In this document: piece by piece, positions 12,745 to 26,407 of the stretch
Layout of the letters: the number at the start of each line of letters is the position of its first letter
Position numbering within the stretch: the first letter of the stretch is position 1
Assembly (NCBI GenBank): GCA_951406725.2
Contig: OX597826.1
Location: 43,524,001-43,588,000 of the forward strand
Reading direction: 5' to 3'
Source: Octopus vulgaris
Lineage: Eukaryota
Length of the DNA stretch: 64,000 nt
The notes under the pieces: generated by a model
What the model was told of the DNA's origin: nothing
Database searches by the model: none
What the model saw: the letters and a program-made list of their open reading frames with translations, nothing else
Program-made: the position numbers and the translations under genes

Positions 12745-14726
12745 CTTAATGAGAAAAAAGGATGTAAACGTGGGCCCTATGGTTGTAAAGACCAGCTACC
12801 CATCAATAAGATGATCTTGGAAGATTGTCACAATCGACGCAAAAACTTGTCGATAGCCTGGATAGACTATAAAAATTATTTTGATAGTCTATCACATAGC
12901 CGGATTAAAAACTGTTTGGAAATGTATAAAATAGCACCTACTCTTCGAAACTTCTTGTCTGTATGTATAAGATCATGGAGAACCACACTGACTTTGAACA
13001 GTGACAATGAATCTCTTAATACTGGGGATGTAAGAATTTCATGTGGAATTTTCCAGGATGACTCTCCATCACACCTCCTCTTTTGTCTAATCTTAATACC
13101 TCTAAAAAAATTGCTCAATGATGTAGAGTACAGTTATAAAATGTTTGATAAAAATATAAATCATCCAATGTTAATCTTGACCAGCAGAATCTCATAAAGG
13201 AATTAGAACCAACGGAGAGCTACAAATACCACTAAGTATTTGAAACGGACGGAATCAAACATTCAGTGATGAGGGAAAGGATCAGAAGAGAATGTTATCG
13301 CAGGGTAAAAGCAATACTCAAGACAGAGCTGAATGCAAGAAACAGGATCGAAGCGATCAATACTTTAGCCATTCCAGTCATGACTTACAAATTCAATATC
13401 ATTAACTGGTCAATTACTCAAATATGTAATCTTGACAGAAACATACGAAAATTGTTGACAATACATAGAATGCACCATCCTAAGGCAGATATAGAACGAC
13501 TTTACCTGCCAAGAAAAAGAGGGAGGTCGTGGAATTTTACAACTGGAATTAACAATAAAGATTGTCACAATTGGTCTAGATACCTACCTAAAACAAACTC
13601 TGATGACTGGATGTTAAAACTTGTCTCAAAGCTTGAAAACAAGAAAGCATCATTCTCAGTAACAAAACAGGCAAAGGACTATCTAAGTGAATTCCCAATA
13701 CAACAAATTCCAGAATTAGACGTACTAGAAACAAGCACAGAAAAAGGTAAGCGTATGCAAACCCGTGCAGAAACTGCTACGAGTACCGTACATATTCTTA
13801 CTGATAAATGGCAAGAAAAACCTCTCAATGGCAAATACCCAAAAGAGAGCTAATAGTGCTGTTGTTGACAAAGCCCTTATCCATCAATGGTTAATGTCTT
13901 CTGGATTAAAATCAGAAACAGAAGGGTTTATCAATACCAGGATCAATGCCAAACTACACGAAACTGCCAGGCCAACATATTAAAGAACGGCAGCGGCCCA
14001 ACATGTGTATGTCAAGAACAAGATGAAATCATTGATCATGCTGTCTCCATGTGCAGTATTGTTGCGCCTAAAGAGTATCTCAACAGGCATGCCAGAGCAG
14101 CAGAATATATTCACTGGGTAATTTGAAAAAACCTGGACCTGCCCTATGATAAAAACTGGTGGGAAAACAAACCACCTCCAGTGATTGAAAATGATCACAT
14201 CACACTCCTCTGGAACTTCACCATTCAAACTGACGGAAAGATAGTTGCGAATAGGCCAGATATTATATTGAAAGACTTCAGACAAAAATCATGCCTTCTC
14301 ATTGATGTGACTGTCCCAATCGACATAAATGTATCTGTCAAGACCTACCAAAAACTGCGCCAGTATAAAGATCTTGAAATAGAAATTGGCAAAATGTGGA
14401 ACCTCAAGACGAAAACAATACCTATTGCCCAAGAATGATAGCAAAAGGGACTGATTGCTACCTATCTCATATACCAGGAAACCCTAAAATGACAGAAATT
14501 CAAAAGATAGTGCTCATGGGAACTGCCCATTTCCTATTTAAAGTACTGTCTATGTAATCTCAAATTCTAAAAGAAACTCATAACTTTCTTATGTTTCCTT
14601 AAACATTCTCTGGAACAATATTATGTACAAAAGCAAATATATGACACCCTAAGCATAACACCAATATGAATTTCTCTGGGTGAGACTTGAGCCAACTTGT
14701 ACAAATACAAAGCAAACGTCAAACAT
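12745..14726 (+). mobile_element. R4/Dong-clade RLE non-LTR retrotransposon, 5'-truncated pseudogene
   Basis: RT GCKDQLPINK, AWIDYKNYFDSL, GIFQDDSPS (YMDD region deleted); CxC...H...C knuckle and RH motif; RLE NRPDIILKD...IDVTVP...KYKDL-like; flanked by (TAA)n. Confidence 0.92.
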
Positions 14727-14742
14727 ATAATAATAATAATAA

Positions 14743-14808
<66 letters not shown>

Positions 14809-17209
14809 GACAACAATGCAATCAATACAGTCACCAACAATGCAAGTTACTAAAATCCATTGTCGTATAATTTTTTACTTATTTCAGTTATTGGACTGCG
14901 GCCATGCTGGGACAACATCTTAAAGGGTTTTAATCGAACAGGTCCTCCTCATTTATTTTTGAAGTCTGGTTCTCATTCAAACGGCCTCTTTATTACTGAT
15001 TTGATAATTTGCGGAAATGTAAACAAACCAACACTGCCTGTCTAGCAGTTTGTGTGTAAGGGGGACAAACAAACACAGACACACACACTCATAGATACAT
15101 ACATATACATACATACATGATTGCATGCATGCATACATACATACATACATACATACATACATACATACATACATACATACATACATACAGGCAGACATAC
15201 ATAATTGTATATATGTATATATTTATATGTGTGTGTATGTGTGTGTGTGTATGTATGACGCATATATGTATATAAACAGCCACACACCTCACAATATCCG
15301 GCTACCAATTTCCTTCATAAGGCATTGGATGGTCCGCTGAGTGAGACTGAACCCGAAGCAGCGAGGATGTAAAGTGAGCTAGCTTCTTAAGATTATATGA
15401 ACAAACTTGCTTTACAACAAACTTTTGGAAGACTTTCACCAAGCTTTAAAATCTAAAAGTAGCAGACACAGAAAAACTGTCTGATTAAACGTAATCATCG
15501 ATATATTACGCCGCTGTTAATACTGATTGGAGCAGGTAGAAGTTCTGATTTATGGTTATTGAATGTGTTATTCATTCATCAACAATTACAAATGACCGAT
15601 ATTTATCAAAGTAATCGAGACATCTATACATTTTTAAACGAGATTAGCAAACTACAGAGTTGTATCGGAAACTTAGACATTACCTTAATGTGAAAAGCAA
15701 ATTCACAAGACACCAATTGCAACTTAATGACAGAGAATCTAAAATTTACAAGAATTACTGACAAGAGATGCTGGAAGCAAAGAACCAACTCATAAACAGG
15801 AACTAACAATGATAGATGAAAAACTTCATTAATGTCTAAACGTATATAAGAATTCAGAATACGTTTATCGGAGTGTATGTAATAAGGCATATTATCAACA
15901 TTACAGCTACTTTCCCTTGTAATGATAAAGAGTTATTCCGTTGAAGAATCTGGAGTGTGTAAAGCCATAAGTGTTGTATTGCGTGTCTAAATGAGCTACT
16001 GTGTAAGTAGCGCAGCGCAATCTGTCACCTGGTATAACAATATCACATCTTACATCGGTGCATTTAGTGGAGACTACTGTGTTTCGAGCATTTGGCCCAG
16101 CTTTCCTGTTTGAGGATAAAACCTGGCTCCACCCCTAGGATAGGAGTTAGTTCCACAATAGAAATTTACAGAGGAAACCATCGAGGAGGTTTTAATGGGG
16201 TGTCGATGGCGGTTCTGTACTGAAGTCAGGGGTAGCATCTTTCACCAGAATTGTATGGCACGCATCACAGACTTTAGACGAACGCATGTTTGGACCACTG
16301 ATTGCATTCTTGTCTCACATTTTTGTCTCGATTCTCCGATTTCTGAGTTCAAATCACACCGGTGTCAATTCTACCTTTTGTCCCTTTGGGATCGATAAAA
16401 TTCAAGGCGATAGTCTGGAAATGATGTCTTGTGGTATTCTGGTTGTTTCCATTCCGAGTTCAAATCCCGCTGGGGACAACCTTACCTTTCATCCCTTTGG
16501 GATCGATAAAAAGAGTACCAGCCGAAGACGGTGTATTGGTGAAAGTGTAAGAAAGTTGGCCCGGATGCCTGGTGGTGTTTGTTCTGTTTCTTTCTGCTCT
16601 TGCCATGACCTTTAAATGGTGGTAGACTTCCCTCGTCGCTTGGTTTGATATCATCACCTGGTACCATGGGTACCTTTTTAGCAGAGTCCACTCTGTTAGA
16701 AGTTGTCAGGTCAGGTCTACACTTGAAAGGTACCTTCCTCCTTTCACTTGGATGCCCTATAAATAGCCATGAGCACTGTATCCCTTCCTGGCTTGCCTCA
16801 CTTTTGCCTTCCTACCTCTCTCTTTCTATTTCTTCCCCCCCCCCCACTAATACTTTAATTCTTCCTTCATTCTGACTTTCTATCTGTCCTCTTCTCATAT
16901 CCAGGACATTTCCATTTTCCTTTGCGTTGTCCAATATCTATCTCTCTTGCGTCTGCACTGCCTCTTTTTTTTGCTGTATATGTGTATTTTATTTTGTCAT
17001 GTTTGTTTCGTTGTTGTTCTGTACGTTCGTTAGCTATTCTCAGTGGTTTTTCGCCATTGGCGTTACAAAAAAAAAAAAAGAAAACTATCAGCGTTAAAGG
17101 TGCAAAATTTTAAGGACCTTTTGGACGTTGATTGACGAGAAATTATCTAGGATCAATGCCGTAGTAACCTTTGCCTATAACGCTATATTTACGTTAAATA
17201 TGATACATA

Positions 17210-18117
17210 CGAGGAGATATCAAAAGGTTCTCGGACTAGTTATGTTTAATAAATGATAACTTATTTACCTCAGTTTTAACATCATCTCCTTCGAAATAGT
17301 GATCTTGCGCGGCAATACCCTGGCCCCAGTGTTCCTGCCACTTTTGGAATCCAGCCAGGAAGTCGTTTTCCATAAACGAGTTGAGGACCTTCTGCAATTC
17401 GTTCTGAATCTCGACAACGGCAACCTTTGAGCTGCATTTTTATCTTGGGAAAGAGATAGAAATCTGCAGGTACGAAATCTGACGAATAGAGTGGATGCGG
17501 AAGTGATACCATGTTGTTTATGGCGAGAAACTCACGAGTGAGAAGTCAGTGACAGGGTGCGTTGTCATTGTGAAGAATCCAATTCTTCCTGCTCCACAGA
17601 TGGGGACGCTTTCGCCAAAACACCTTCCTCAAACGCTTCAAAACGTCGCAGCAGAACTCTCGATTAACGGTCTGGTCCTGGGAGGCGAATTCTCGATGTA
17701 CAATACCACACAATTTCAGGGTTGACGCTCGTGATAGGTCTTACAGATCGCTCATCGTCATCCAGGGACGTTTTTCTGCCTTTGAAATGCCCGTGCCACT
17801 CGAAACATTGTGTACGAACTTCATACATGCGATTTACATCGCCGCAAGCTTGCCAAAGCATGCTCAATATCTTTGTAGCGGAATTCCCAAGTTTAACGCA
17901 AAATTTCTCGTTGGCTCTTTGTTCCTATTAAGGACAAAATCGCAGATTACAGACAGCATAAACGTGAGCACAAAAGCACAAATTTCGTAACTTACGAAGT
18001 AAACACAGCAATATCACACGGCACACAGCCTCATGAAGATCACTGATAGGTCTCACTGCGCATGTAACCTGATGGCACGCTACAAAACTAGTCCGGGAAC
18101 TCTTTGATAACATCTCG
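17210..18117 (-). mobile_element. Degraded mariner (DD34D) transposon
   Basis: Imperfect TIRs cgaggagatatcaaaaggttctcggactagtt / aactagtccgggaactctttgataacatctcg, TA flanks; motifs WILHNDNAP and PHPLYSSDFVPADFYLFPKIK. Confidence 0.88.
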
Positions 18118-18625
18118 TAAATGGCTATGTTATTCTAATACTGATTCTGTTGCATATAAAAATTTAAAAAAATCAATTCAAAACAGAAGCTGTGTGGAGA
18201 TAACATTACAGAAAAAGTGACATCCTCCTGGACACATCATAGCCGAATAAGAAGTTCACTTTGCAGTCTCAAGATCTGAGTTCGATCCCATTGCATTACA
18301 TCTCATTTAAATGTACTTCACCATTGTTTGCGGTTAACCCACGCCCCGTCAGTGAAACTGAGTTGATGGAAATCGTGAAGAAGCTCATGGAATGGATCCA
18401 AAGATACATTTATATCACAGTGCATTAGGCAGATTTTATTTAAAAAATAAATAGTTTATGTGTGCACTGATTTATGAAATGTTCTGTTGTTTACACTGCT
18501 ACTTAATGGGCAGGTAATTCAGTTGATCGAACAAATGAATGCTCATCGTCGAAAACCGATGAGGATCCATTTGCTTACTTAGAGAAAAGACAACTAAAGT
18601 GTTGCCAAGATTCTTTCAGTCTGAA

Positions 18626-18719
<94 letters not shown>

Positions 18720-18859
18720 ATCACATGTTTACGAATACATGCGCATTAATACATAATATATACAGCAGCAGATAAGTGCATAGAGCTATATAAAGTGAGT
18801 GGTTTTTGTAGAAGCATCTATGGATATTATACACACACACACACACACACACATACATA

Positions 18860-18907
<48 letters not shown>

Positions 18908-19671
18908 GACATATTCTTATTTATATATAAACATATATATATTTATATACCTAAATACATTCACACACATAATTTATATGCTCACACACACACAGATATA
19001 TATATGTCTGTATACATGCACGCATACATTCATACGTAACGTAATTGCCCAAGCTAGCATTTGCATGTTTTATTATCAAACATTTTGTCTCACAAGCAGC
19101 TTATTTACTTAAACGCTTTTCTATTCCTAATAAACACTCACATCTTATATGGCAGCTATATATCTTCATCATAGAATTGCTTTACAAACTGCGATTATAG
19201 TCTGATTGCCAGAGTTTAATGGCCTGTAGTCATATCAAGAAAGAAGAACAGGAAAACAAGTTGATCACATTTTTCGCTATCACGAAAATCTCTATTTTAT
19301 TCGCTAAACTATGGCTTTATTCAACAGGATTTGCTTTAAATACCAACAGACGCTGTTCCAAATGAAACCATATTGTATTTATCTCTAAATGTGTGTCTAT
19401 GTTGTTCATTCCTATAATATTCAGAAGTCATTACCAGTCCTCATTAGCATTACCAATTTCCCAATTGACTTAATACCAATGTCACCAAATTGAACGATTT
19501 TCTTTCTCTAGACATCAGCCATAGAGTTAAGTGTTGTTTCATTGGTATGCTTTACTAAAATTGCTTTTGCCTATTTTACATATCCTGCCTTTTTCTATGT
19601 CTTTGAGATGCTAAAAATATGCCATTACATGGCAATTTGTATATTCTTTTTCTGCCTCACTATCTTTCACT

Positions 19672-20190
19672 CGGCGCAGGGGTAGCTGTGTGTTTAAGAA
19701 GCTTGTTTTGGAACCACGTCGTTCTGTGTTCACCCCGCTTCTGCTATAACCCTGGATCTTCTACTATAACCCCGGATCGCCAGTACCTTGTGAATGAATA
19801 TGAGAAACAGAAACTGTGTGGAAGCCCTTACACACACACATATACACACACACACACACAAACACACATACACACACACACATACACACATATATATATA
19901 TATATATATAAATATATATATATATACGTGTGTATGTGTGTCTGTATGTGTGTGTGTGTGTGCGTGTGTGTCTTCTGGTTTATGTTTGTCTACCTCCACT
20001 GCTTAACAACCCTTGTTGGTTTTACTATTGTGTTCCCGTTACTTAGCGGTTCGGCTGAAAAGAAACCAATAGAATAAGTCCAGATTTCAAAATAAGTAAT
20101 ACTAAGTACTGGGGTCGATTTCTTTGATTAAAACCCTTCAAGGCGGTGTCCCAGCATGGCCACACTCCAACGACTGAAATGAGAAGACAA
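19672..20190 (+). mobile_element. OK-type SINE, diverged
   Basis: ggcgcaggggtagctgtgtg head and 3' cttagcggttcggc...ccagcatggccac module. Confidence 0.7.
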
Positions 20191-20435
20191 AATACATTAT
20201 TTCCTCTATGAACGAAACTAGAGATTAAACTAGAAGAGAACTGATGAGAGAGCGTCAACATTGTCTTTGGACTAAAAAGAAATAACAGCCGGACTCTCCG
20301 TATTCACATTTCGTACGGCCATTCAATTTCTCGGTATAAGTTCTTGTGAAACCTTTATCATATTTTATGTGATTAGCTATTGTCATGGCTTGTAAAATAG
20401 TAACGAAACTAACCTAATTAAAAAAAATATTATAT

Positions 20436-20840
20436 TAATAAATCTCTGAACGAGGTATAAACAGTAACTGCACGACAACGTGAAGTATATTTGCAACTTA
20501 AATGTGGTTAACCCTTAAGGGTGGATGCTACTGTAGCTTGTAACCCCAAGAGAACATCTTCTCCAATGATACACTTTCTGTGCCCTATCAGAATTTGCAA
20601 AGGGAAGCCATCCTTCTCATCGTCGACCTGACGTGATACGCACGGACACGAGTTTCTGGGTATTTACCCGTCATCAGCGCACGACAATTACCGGTCTTCG
20701 ATGCGAAGGGGTCCCAATGCAAACACACATATAATTTTTCCAGTGACGAAAAGTCATTGATCTCGAAAAAGTGTAAACAAGCAATAATAAATCTCTGAAC
20801 GAGGTTTAAACAGTAGCTGCACAACAACGTGAAGTATATT
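20436..20840 (-). mobile_element. Retrozyme/PLE-pLTR-like unit: 349-bp monomer plus 56-bp direct repeat
   Basis: Direct repeat taataaatctctgaacgagg...gtgaagtatatt at 20436-20491 and 20785-20840; internal HHR; other family copies start near 59506 and 61722. Confidence 0.75.
20639..20683 (-). ncRNA. Type I hammerhead ribozyme with canonical core, GUC cleavage site
   Basis: Minus strand cgtgcg-CTGATGA-cGGGT(aaat)ACCCa-GAAA-ctcgt-GTC-cgtgcg; 6-bp stem I with 2 GU pairs, near-palindromic stem III. Confidence 0.8.
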
Positions 20841-20854
20841 CTTATACGCTTATT

Positions 20855-21262
20855 GGGTTAATGACCGAAAGTTTACGATCGCGAATACAAGATACTCAAA
20901 TGAGGTTCATTCGATGGGTGCCTGTAATAACGCTATGTAACAGGGTGCGTAGCTCGGAGATCAGGATATATTTCCTCGTCGAGTCATTTCTCCGCATTGA
21001 ACAACTCCGATACTGTGGACTTGTAATTTTAGAGTGTCGTGGGAGAGAATCGTAAGACGGACTCCGCGAGCCGAACCATCCGGCAGCTGACCTAGATGAA
21101 GATAAATGGATAATATCCATAGTCTCACTTGGTCACTCTTGAGATTCCAGCCGGAAAGTGACTGTTGTTTCTGAAAGTACCCTGTGGAATGGGTGCCCGA
21201 GGATCCCATCCCCCTGACTCTCTCAGTAATAGTGGGCAGAGAATATGGATGGATGGATGGGT
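20855..21262 (+). mobile_element. RTE (Expander/Rex3-like) LINE 3' end
   Basis: MTESLRSRIQDTQMRFIR...NRVRSSEIR; (TGGA)n tail. Confidence 0.7.
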
Positions 21263-21401
21263 GCTTATTTTCGTACAACGCATTTAGAAGCGATATTTCA
21301 CATCATTTTCATAATTTTGGAGACATTCCATCGCCGTTTTTAATCTCTCTTTCCGATTCCAATTAATAAGTATAGATTAACTCAGTAGTGTATCGGTGCT
21401 G

Positions 21402-21785
21402 TGGAGGCGCAATGGCCCAGTGGTTAGGGCAGCGGACTCGCGGTCATAGGGTTGCGGTTTCGATTCCCAGACCGGGCGTTGTGAGTGTTTATTGAGCGAA
21501 AACACCTAAAGCTCTACGAGGCTCCGGCAGGGATGGTGGTGATCCCCGCTGTACTCTTTCACCACAACTTTCTCTCAGTCTTACTTCCTGTTTCTGTTGT
21601 ACCTGTATTTCAAAGGGCCGGCCTTGTCACTCTCTGTGTCACGCTGAATATCCCCGAGAACTACGTTAAGGGTACGCGTGTCTGTGGAGTGCTCAGCCAC
21701 TTACACGTTAATTTCACGAGCAGGCTGTTCCGTTGATACGGATCAACCGGAACCCTCGTCGTCGTAACTGACGGAGTGCTTCCAA
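21402..21785 (+). mobile_element. OR-type tRNA-derived SINE with 12-bp TSD
   Basis: A/B boxes tggcccagtgg and gtttcgattcc; TSD gtatcggtgctg at 21390-21401 and 21786-21797. Confidence 0.92.
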
Positions 21786-22129
21786 GTATCGGTGCTGACA
21801 ACGTGTTTCCTTCTCATGTAGTTTAGCTTACAGGCGCCATAGTAACTATACATTTAGGTCTCATTATGGGCGTTATTACTAATAGTTTCTTACACATCTA
21901 CATAAATAATAATACATTGTAATAATTACATGTCGCATTTGATGGAATAAAAGACACAGGCATATTAGACGAACCCCAAGTGCGTATTCATGCGTATTCA
22001 GGGAAAAAGAGCTTTGAGTGCATTAAAGCAAGTACGTAATATTTAAAGCAAACTAGCAATCTATTGTTCTGATAATTCCTTTTACAGTAATAATAATAAT
22101 AGTAATAATAATAACAGCAACAACAACAA

Positions 22130-22179
<50 letters not shown>

Positions 22180-22201
22180 ATAATAATAATAATAATAATA
22201 A

Positions 22202-22232
<31 letters not shown>

Positions 22233-22294
22233 AACAAGCAGAGGAAGTAGAAAAGAAGAAGAATGATGATGATGATGATGATGATGATAAAATT

Positions 22295-24235
22295 GATTTC
22301 TTTTGTTTGCCACCAAGGCGAAGGATGATTGGGACAATACAAAGACAGACATAAAGTGTGGGGATTTACATTTGCTGAAATGATAATAAAATAAAAATAA
22401 AGAATAATGTATATATAGAAACTATACACAGAGTACAATAAAACAAAGAAGGGAATACAGAGTATACAACAGTAAAAGTGTCAGACACACAGATCTACAC
22501 TTAGAGCTGTACCATCCACTCTCACCATTTGAAAAGATCTATGAGGAGTCTACCCAACAGACAACCTCTTTCGCCTCAGACAATCTCTTTCGCCACAGCC
22601 ACCAGGCAAAGGAAAACTGCCTTACCTGCCTGATTAAATATTATTCTAGTCCTCCCACTAGTACTAAAGTGCAAGACGTTCTCAGAAATGTAATGTAAAT
22701 GCCTGAAGAAATCTGGCCTTCTAGCTTCTGTCGGGGCATAAACGGACACTAATCTAAAAGGTACCTTCCTACCAGCCGGGTCCAAGGAAACTGCCCGTAG
22801 CCCTGGTAGCAAGGTTGTGACTGGCCACAAAATAAGAATGACACGTAGTCTTCGAAAATGGATGTAAGAGCATGTGTCTTTGAAATTCTTGTCTTAATAA
22901 TGGCAGCCACATCTAAATCAAGTAACGTTGAGCAAATGACCTTGCTTCCAAACTGAACCCAGGCCCCAAACATTTACACAGTCAACTCTAAGTGAAACAT
23001 TTAGGTTAGTGAAAAGAAAATTAAGCTATTTACCTCCGTCTTCGTGGATGATTGTTGAAATAGGCTTCTTTTTGGCTGAGGGAGGAGTAGGGAATGTTTT
23101 GTTTAGGAAGCTTTTGTGGGATACTTACAAAAATATCTAATGCCCCGGAGAAATTTCTGCTTTAAGTCCCGATACGTATTCGTATCGGTTTTAATTAGAA
23201 TTCTGTCCGATGATGTTTTCGTGAGGGGTTCAGCAAAACCCCCCAATTTATCAGAATTTTTTTTTAATTACTTCTTCAATGATACGTATTCGTATCGGTT
23301 TCAATTAGAATTCTGTCCGATGATGTTTTCGTGAGGGGTTCAGCAAAACCTCCCCAATTTATCAGAATTTATTTTTTTAATTACTTCTTCTACTAAGTTG
23401 CTCTTCTGGACAAGTACAAATGATTGTTGCCGTTCCTTTGGCTTCATACTCGCTGCTGCATATAGCAGCTACTGTCCTGTGTTGCTTTCCTTTATATATG
23501 TGTCGCACTTAGGGTCACACACCTTTGAGGCATTTTTCTATTTCCGCTGGAGCAGGATAATTAAATTTCCTCTCCTTGCGAGAAACGCATTTATACACAA
23601 TGGTTAGTTTTTATCATCCTCCCTAAAGGACATAACACCTGTTTTTTACAATATCATTTTTGTACAGGAGAGCTTTACTTTTCAGATTTTACACCGAATG
23701 CACAGCCTATTGGCTAACTGCCCTCAAAAAAGATAAAGTGTTGCCGTGCTTTTTTGTGGCTGTTATTGCTGTTGTCATCCTTATTGTTTTCCACACAGTT
23801 TTTGTTGTTATTCCTACTGTTGCTAATGGTAACTACATTATTGTTTTCGTTTTCCTATTGTTTTTGTCGGTCTTGTTGTTGTAGTCGTTCGTGTTGTTGT
23901 TTTTGTTGTTGCTGGTGTTGTTCCTATTATCGTTGTCTCTGCAGCCGCTGCTGCTGCTGCTGCTTTTATATACGTTGTCGTTACAATTGTTATTATTGGT
24001 ATTTTCTTCGTTGTTATCACTGTCGTTGCTGTAAAATAAATATCATTGAGTTACAACAATCCTGCAACTCGCAAAGGGGATGTAATTCAATACAAATGTT
24101 ACCACCGCGATTCGGACAACGTCAGCAAAATAGTTATTACGAAGTAATTGACTGAACAGGATTTGACCAACCGAAACGATTTATTAAAGTTCTTAAAACT
24201 TTTGGAGCTCCAAGTTTCCGTGACTACCCAATGTG
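22295..24235 (-). mobile_element. Degraded, internally deleted Tx1/L1-like LINE
   Basis: APE-like FRLVSVYAPTEARRPDFFRHL (22576-22830); low-complexity ORF1-like region upstream; internal 110-bp tandem duplication 23171-23390. Confidence 0.6.
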
Positions 24236-24241
24236 GAAGCC

Positions 24242-24279
<38 letters not shown>

Positions 24280-24280
24280 T

Positions 24281-24741
24281 TAGGCAGTGGCTCTCATGGC
24301 TTCAGATCTTAACTGATTGGAAGTGTCATCATGTACATTGTTTTGTCTTGGTATAAAAGATGGGCTACAGCAAATATTCTGATCAATACCACAGATTTGC
24401 TTGTCAGTTGCTTGACCTTAACCTGTTGACCATGTGTTGAGAGGAATTTTTTGAGGTTTAGATAATTCACCTTTGGAAACATGGGTGTTTCGTTCATCAT
24501 CCTTAAACAATCCTTTTGAGCGGGATGGGTTACTCGACCTGAAGAAAATTCAAACTGAGCCCCACCTGCAAGGTCATGTGCTGTTTATCTTGATATGAGA
24601 TCACCATGTCGCGCACATATGGTTGTGATGCATGTGCCTACTGTACTCTTATCAGACGGGTATACTTATCAGATGGGTATACTGGGCTTCGTATATTTTA
24701 TCCCAGTGTTACTTTGATGACATGGACTGCTCTCTCACTGA
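24281..24741 (+). repeat. Interspersed repeat embedded in (TAA)n, probably a Dong-type 3' UTR or dependent element
   Basis: (TAA)n on both sides; ends ...actgaataataa like 12390-12572. Confidence 0.5.
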
Positions 24742-24748
24742 ATAATAA

Positions 24749-24778
<30 letters not shown>

Positions 24779-24779
<1 letters not shown>

Positions 24780-25172
24780 CTATATATATATAAAGCTGAA
24801 GCTGTCTGTGTATGGCAGGTTTGGTAGCCTTCAACTAACACTATTTCCTCCGAGACCCTGCGGCGCAAGTTGACCACAATTGAGAGTATGATAGAAGAAG
24901 GCTTGCTCTTCCTTCTGTAGAAGAAAAACTGCAAATCGGACCATGTTAAGATCAAAAATTATTTACATAAAAAAAGGGCTTTTTTTCTATGAAAATCCCT
25001 ATTTTATTTACAATTTTTTGACTGCTGTATCGCCATTTTTTGGTGTATTTCAACCAGAAAAATGTTCACTTAAAGAGAATAACAAGCTACATAATGCAAA
25101 ATTATTACTTTTCAAAAATTCCAATTCGAAAAGGTCGAAACAAACCCAAGCAACGCCGGGCGATACTGCTAG
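24779..25172 (+). mobile_element. Non-autonomous Helitron
   Basis: 5' TC, 3' CTAG, subterminal GC hairpin ccc(aagcaacgcc)ggg, inserted at A|T with no TSD. Confidence 0.85.
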
Positions 25173-25489
25173 TAATTATTATTATTATTATTGTATTCAT
25201 GTAAATATTATTATTGAATCCGGCTATGCAGAAGAGCCCATTTGATCTAAAATCAGCCTATACTAATGAGAAAATTTGCTTATAGGAGGACTAACTTAGC
25301 ATATTAGACCCGGGGAGGTGTTTGAGATTTTTTTTCTTTCCGACAATTGATGATTTATATGCCAGCATATACGATAGTTATTACTTTATGATAGTTCCTT
25401 ACTTCATTAAGCTATATTTAATATTCATAAGCTGTTGTTGATTTAGGACGCGTTAATATAATTGTTTCCTGAAATAGAAAAAGATAAAC

Positions 25490-25720
25490 ATTTTTCATTG
25501 TCGCCATGTATCGTATGCCTGCAGCGCATTGCTGACACTACAGCGAAAATCTTCCCGATTAAGAACGAGTTCTCCAGCTGCCTTTCCGCTCTTGCCCAAC
25601 CAGCTTGAGATATCATCTATCCATTGCATCCTTTGCCCCCACCTCTTGATCTCCTATTCTCTACTCTTCCTTCCATGATAATGTTTTCAAGACCTCTGCT
25701 TCTTTGAATATGACCATAAT
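25490..25720 (-). mobile_element. RTE LINE 3' fragment
   Basis: YGHIQRSRGLENIIMEGRVENRRSRG. Confidence 0.65.
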
Positions 25721-25980
25721 CTTTATATTTTCTTTTGTCTCCTGTTAATGTAATTAATAATTTACAATAATAATTTAGTGATATGTGCACTATATGTGTT
25801 ATGTCTACAAAATATCTTAAACCCATTTTAGAAGATTCTGTTTATTTTACACAAATACCTAATTTAGCGACGTTGGTATGTCTGCTAGTATTTATAATTG
25901 TAAGCATATTTGTGTGCATGCGTACGCGCATGTGTAGGGTGCATCGAGTGTATGTGAATATTTAAGTTTATAAATATATA

Positions 25981-26179
25981 TCAGAGTGTGCTGAAAACTT
26001 TCTGGCTTTAAGGGTGTCGCGAAAGGCCTGGCTGTTAAGCTCAACCTTCTGAGGTCTTTTACTGGTCTTAGAAAAACTGAAGGCCGCTGCAATAAGTATG
26101 CGAATCTGAGAGCGGAATATATGAACTGAGGCTCCTGTATTTTCTTTTATCCAAAGTCAGGAACTTTTCAGCGCCCCCA
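25981..26179 (+). mobile_element. Mariner-derived MITE
   Basis: Imperfect TIRs gtgctgaaaactttctggcttt / aaagtcaggaacttttcagcgc; retains degraded transposase C-terminus (LEKL..RCNK..NLR.EY). Confidence 0.65.
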
Positions 26180-26407
26180 GTCCATAAACACACACATACA
26201 TATACATACGTGATCACACACACACCTGCACGCAACACACACTCACGCACACACGCACGCAGACACACACATATAGTGTATGTTGTGTGTACAGTTAGAT
26301 GTACGACAATTACTGTTGATTCTACGGCTCCACATATATTTTCTTCTCCCAGTCTGCTTTCAGCATAGAGCTAGGTTTCCTATTATACTCCTTAGTATCA
26401 CTGCTGT

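Noticed and set aside
16065-16105. Partial hammerhead-like GAAAC...GTC on minus (similar remnants near 29400-29445)
   Set aside because: CUGANGA half missing or too degraded to support
21402-21475. tRNA-like sequences (also 26408, 28789, 61339 and 36330-36400 minus)
   Set aside because: SINE heads continuing into SINE bodies, without a complete cloverleaf or terminator; not tRNA genes
23171-23390. 110-bp tandem duplication containing CCGATGA
   Set aside because: No stem II/GAAA partner; simple local duplication in a dead LINE
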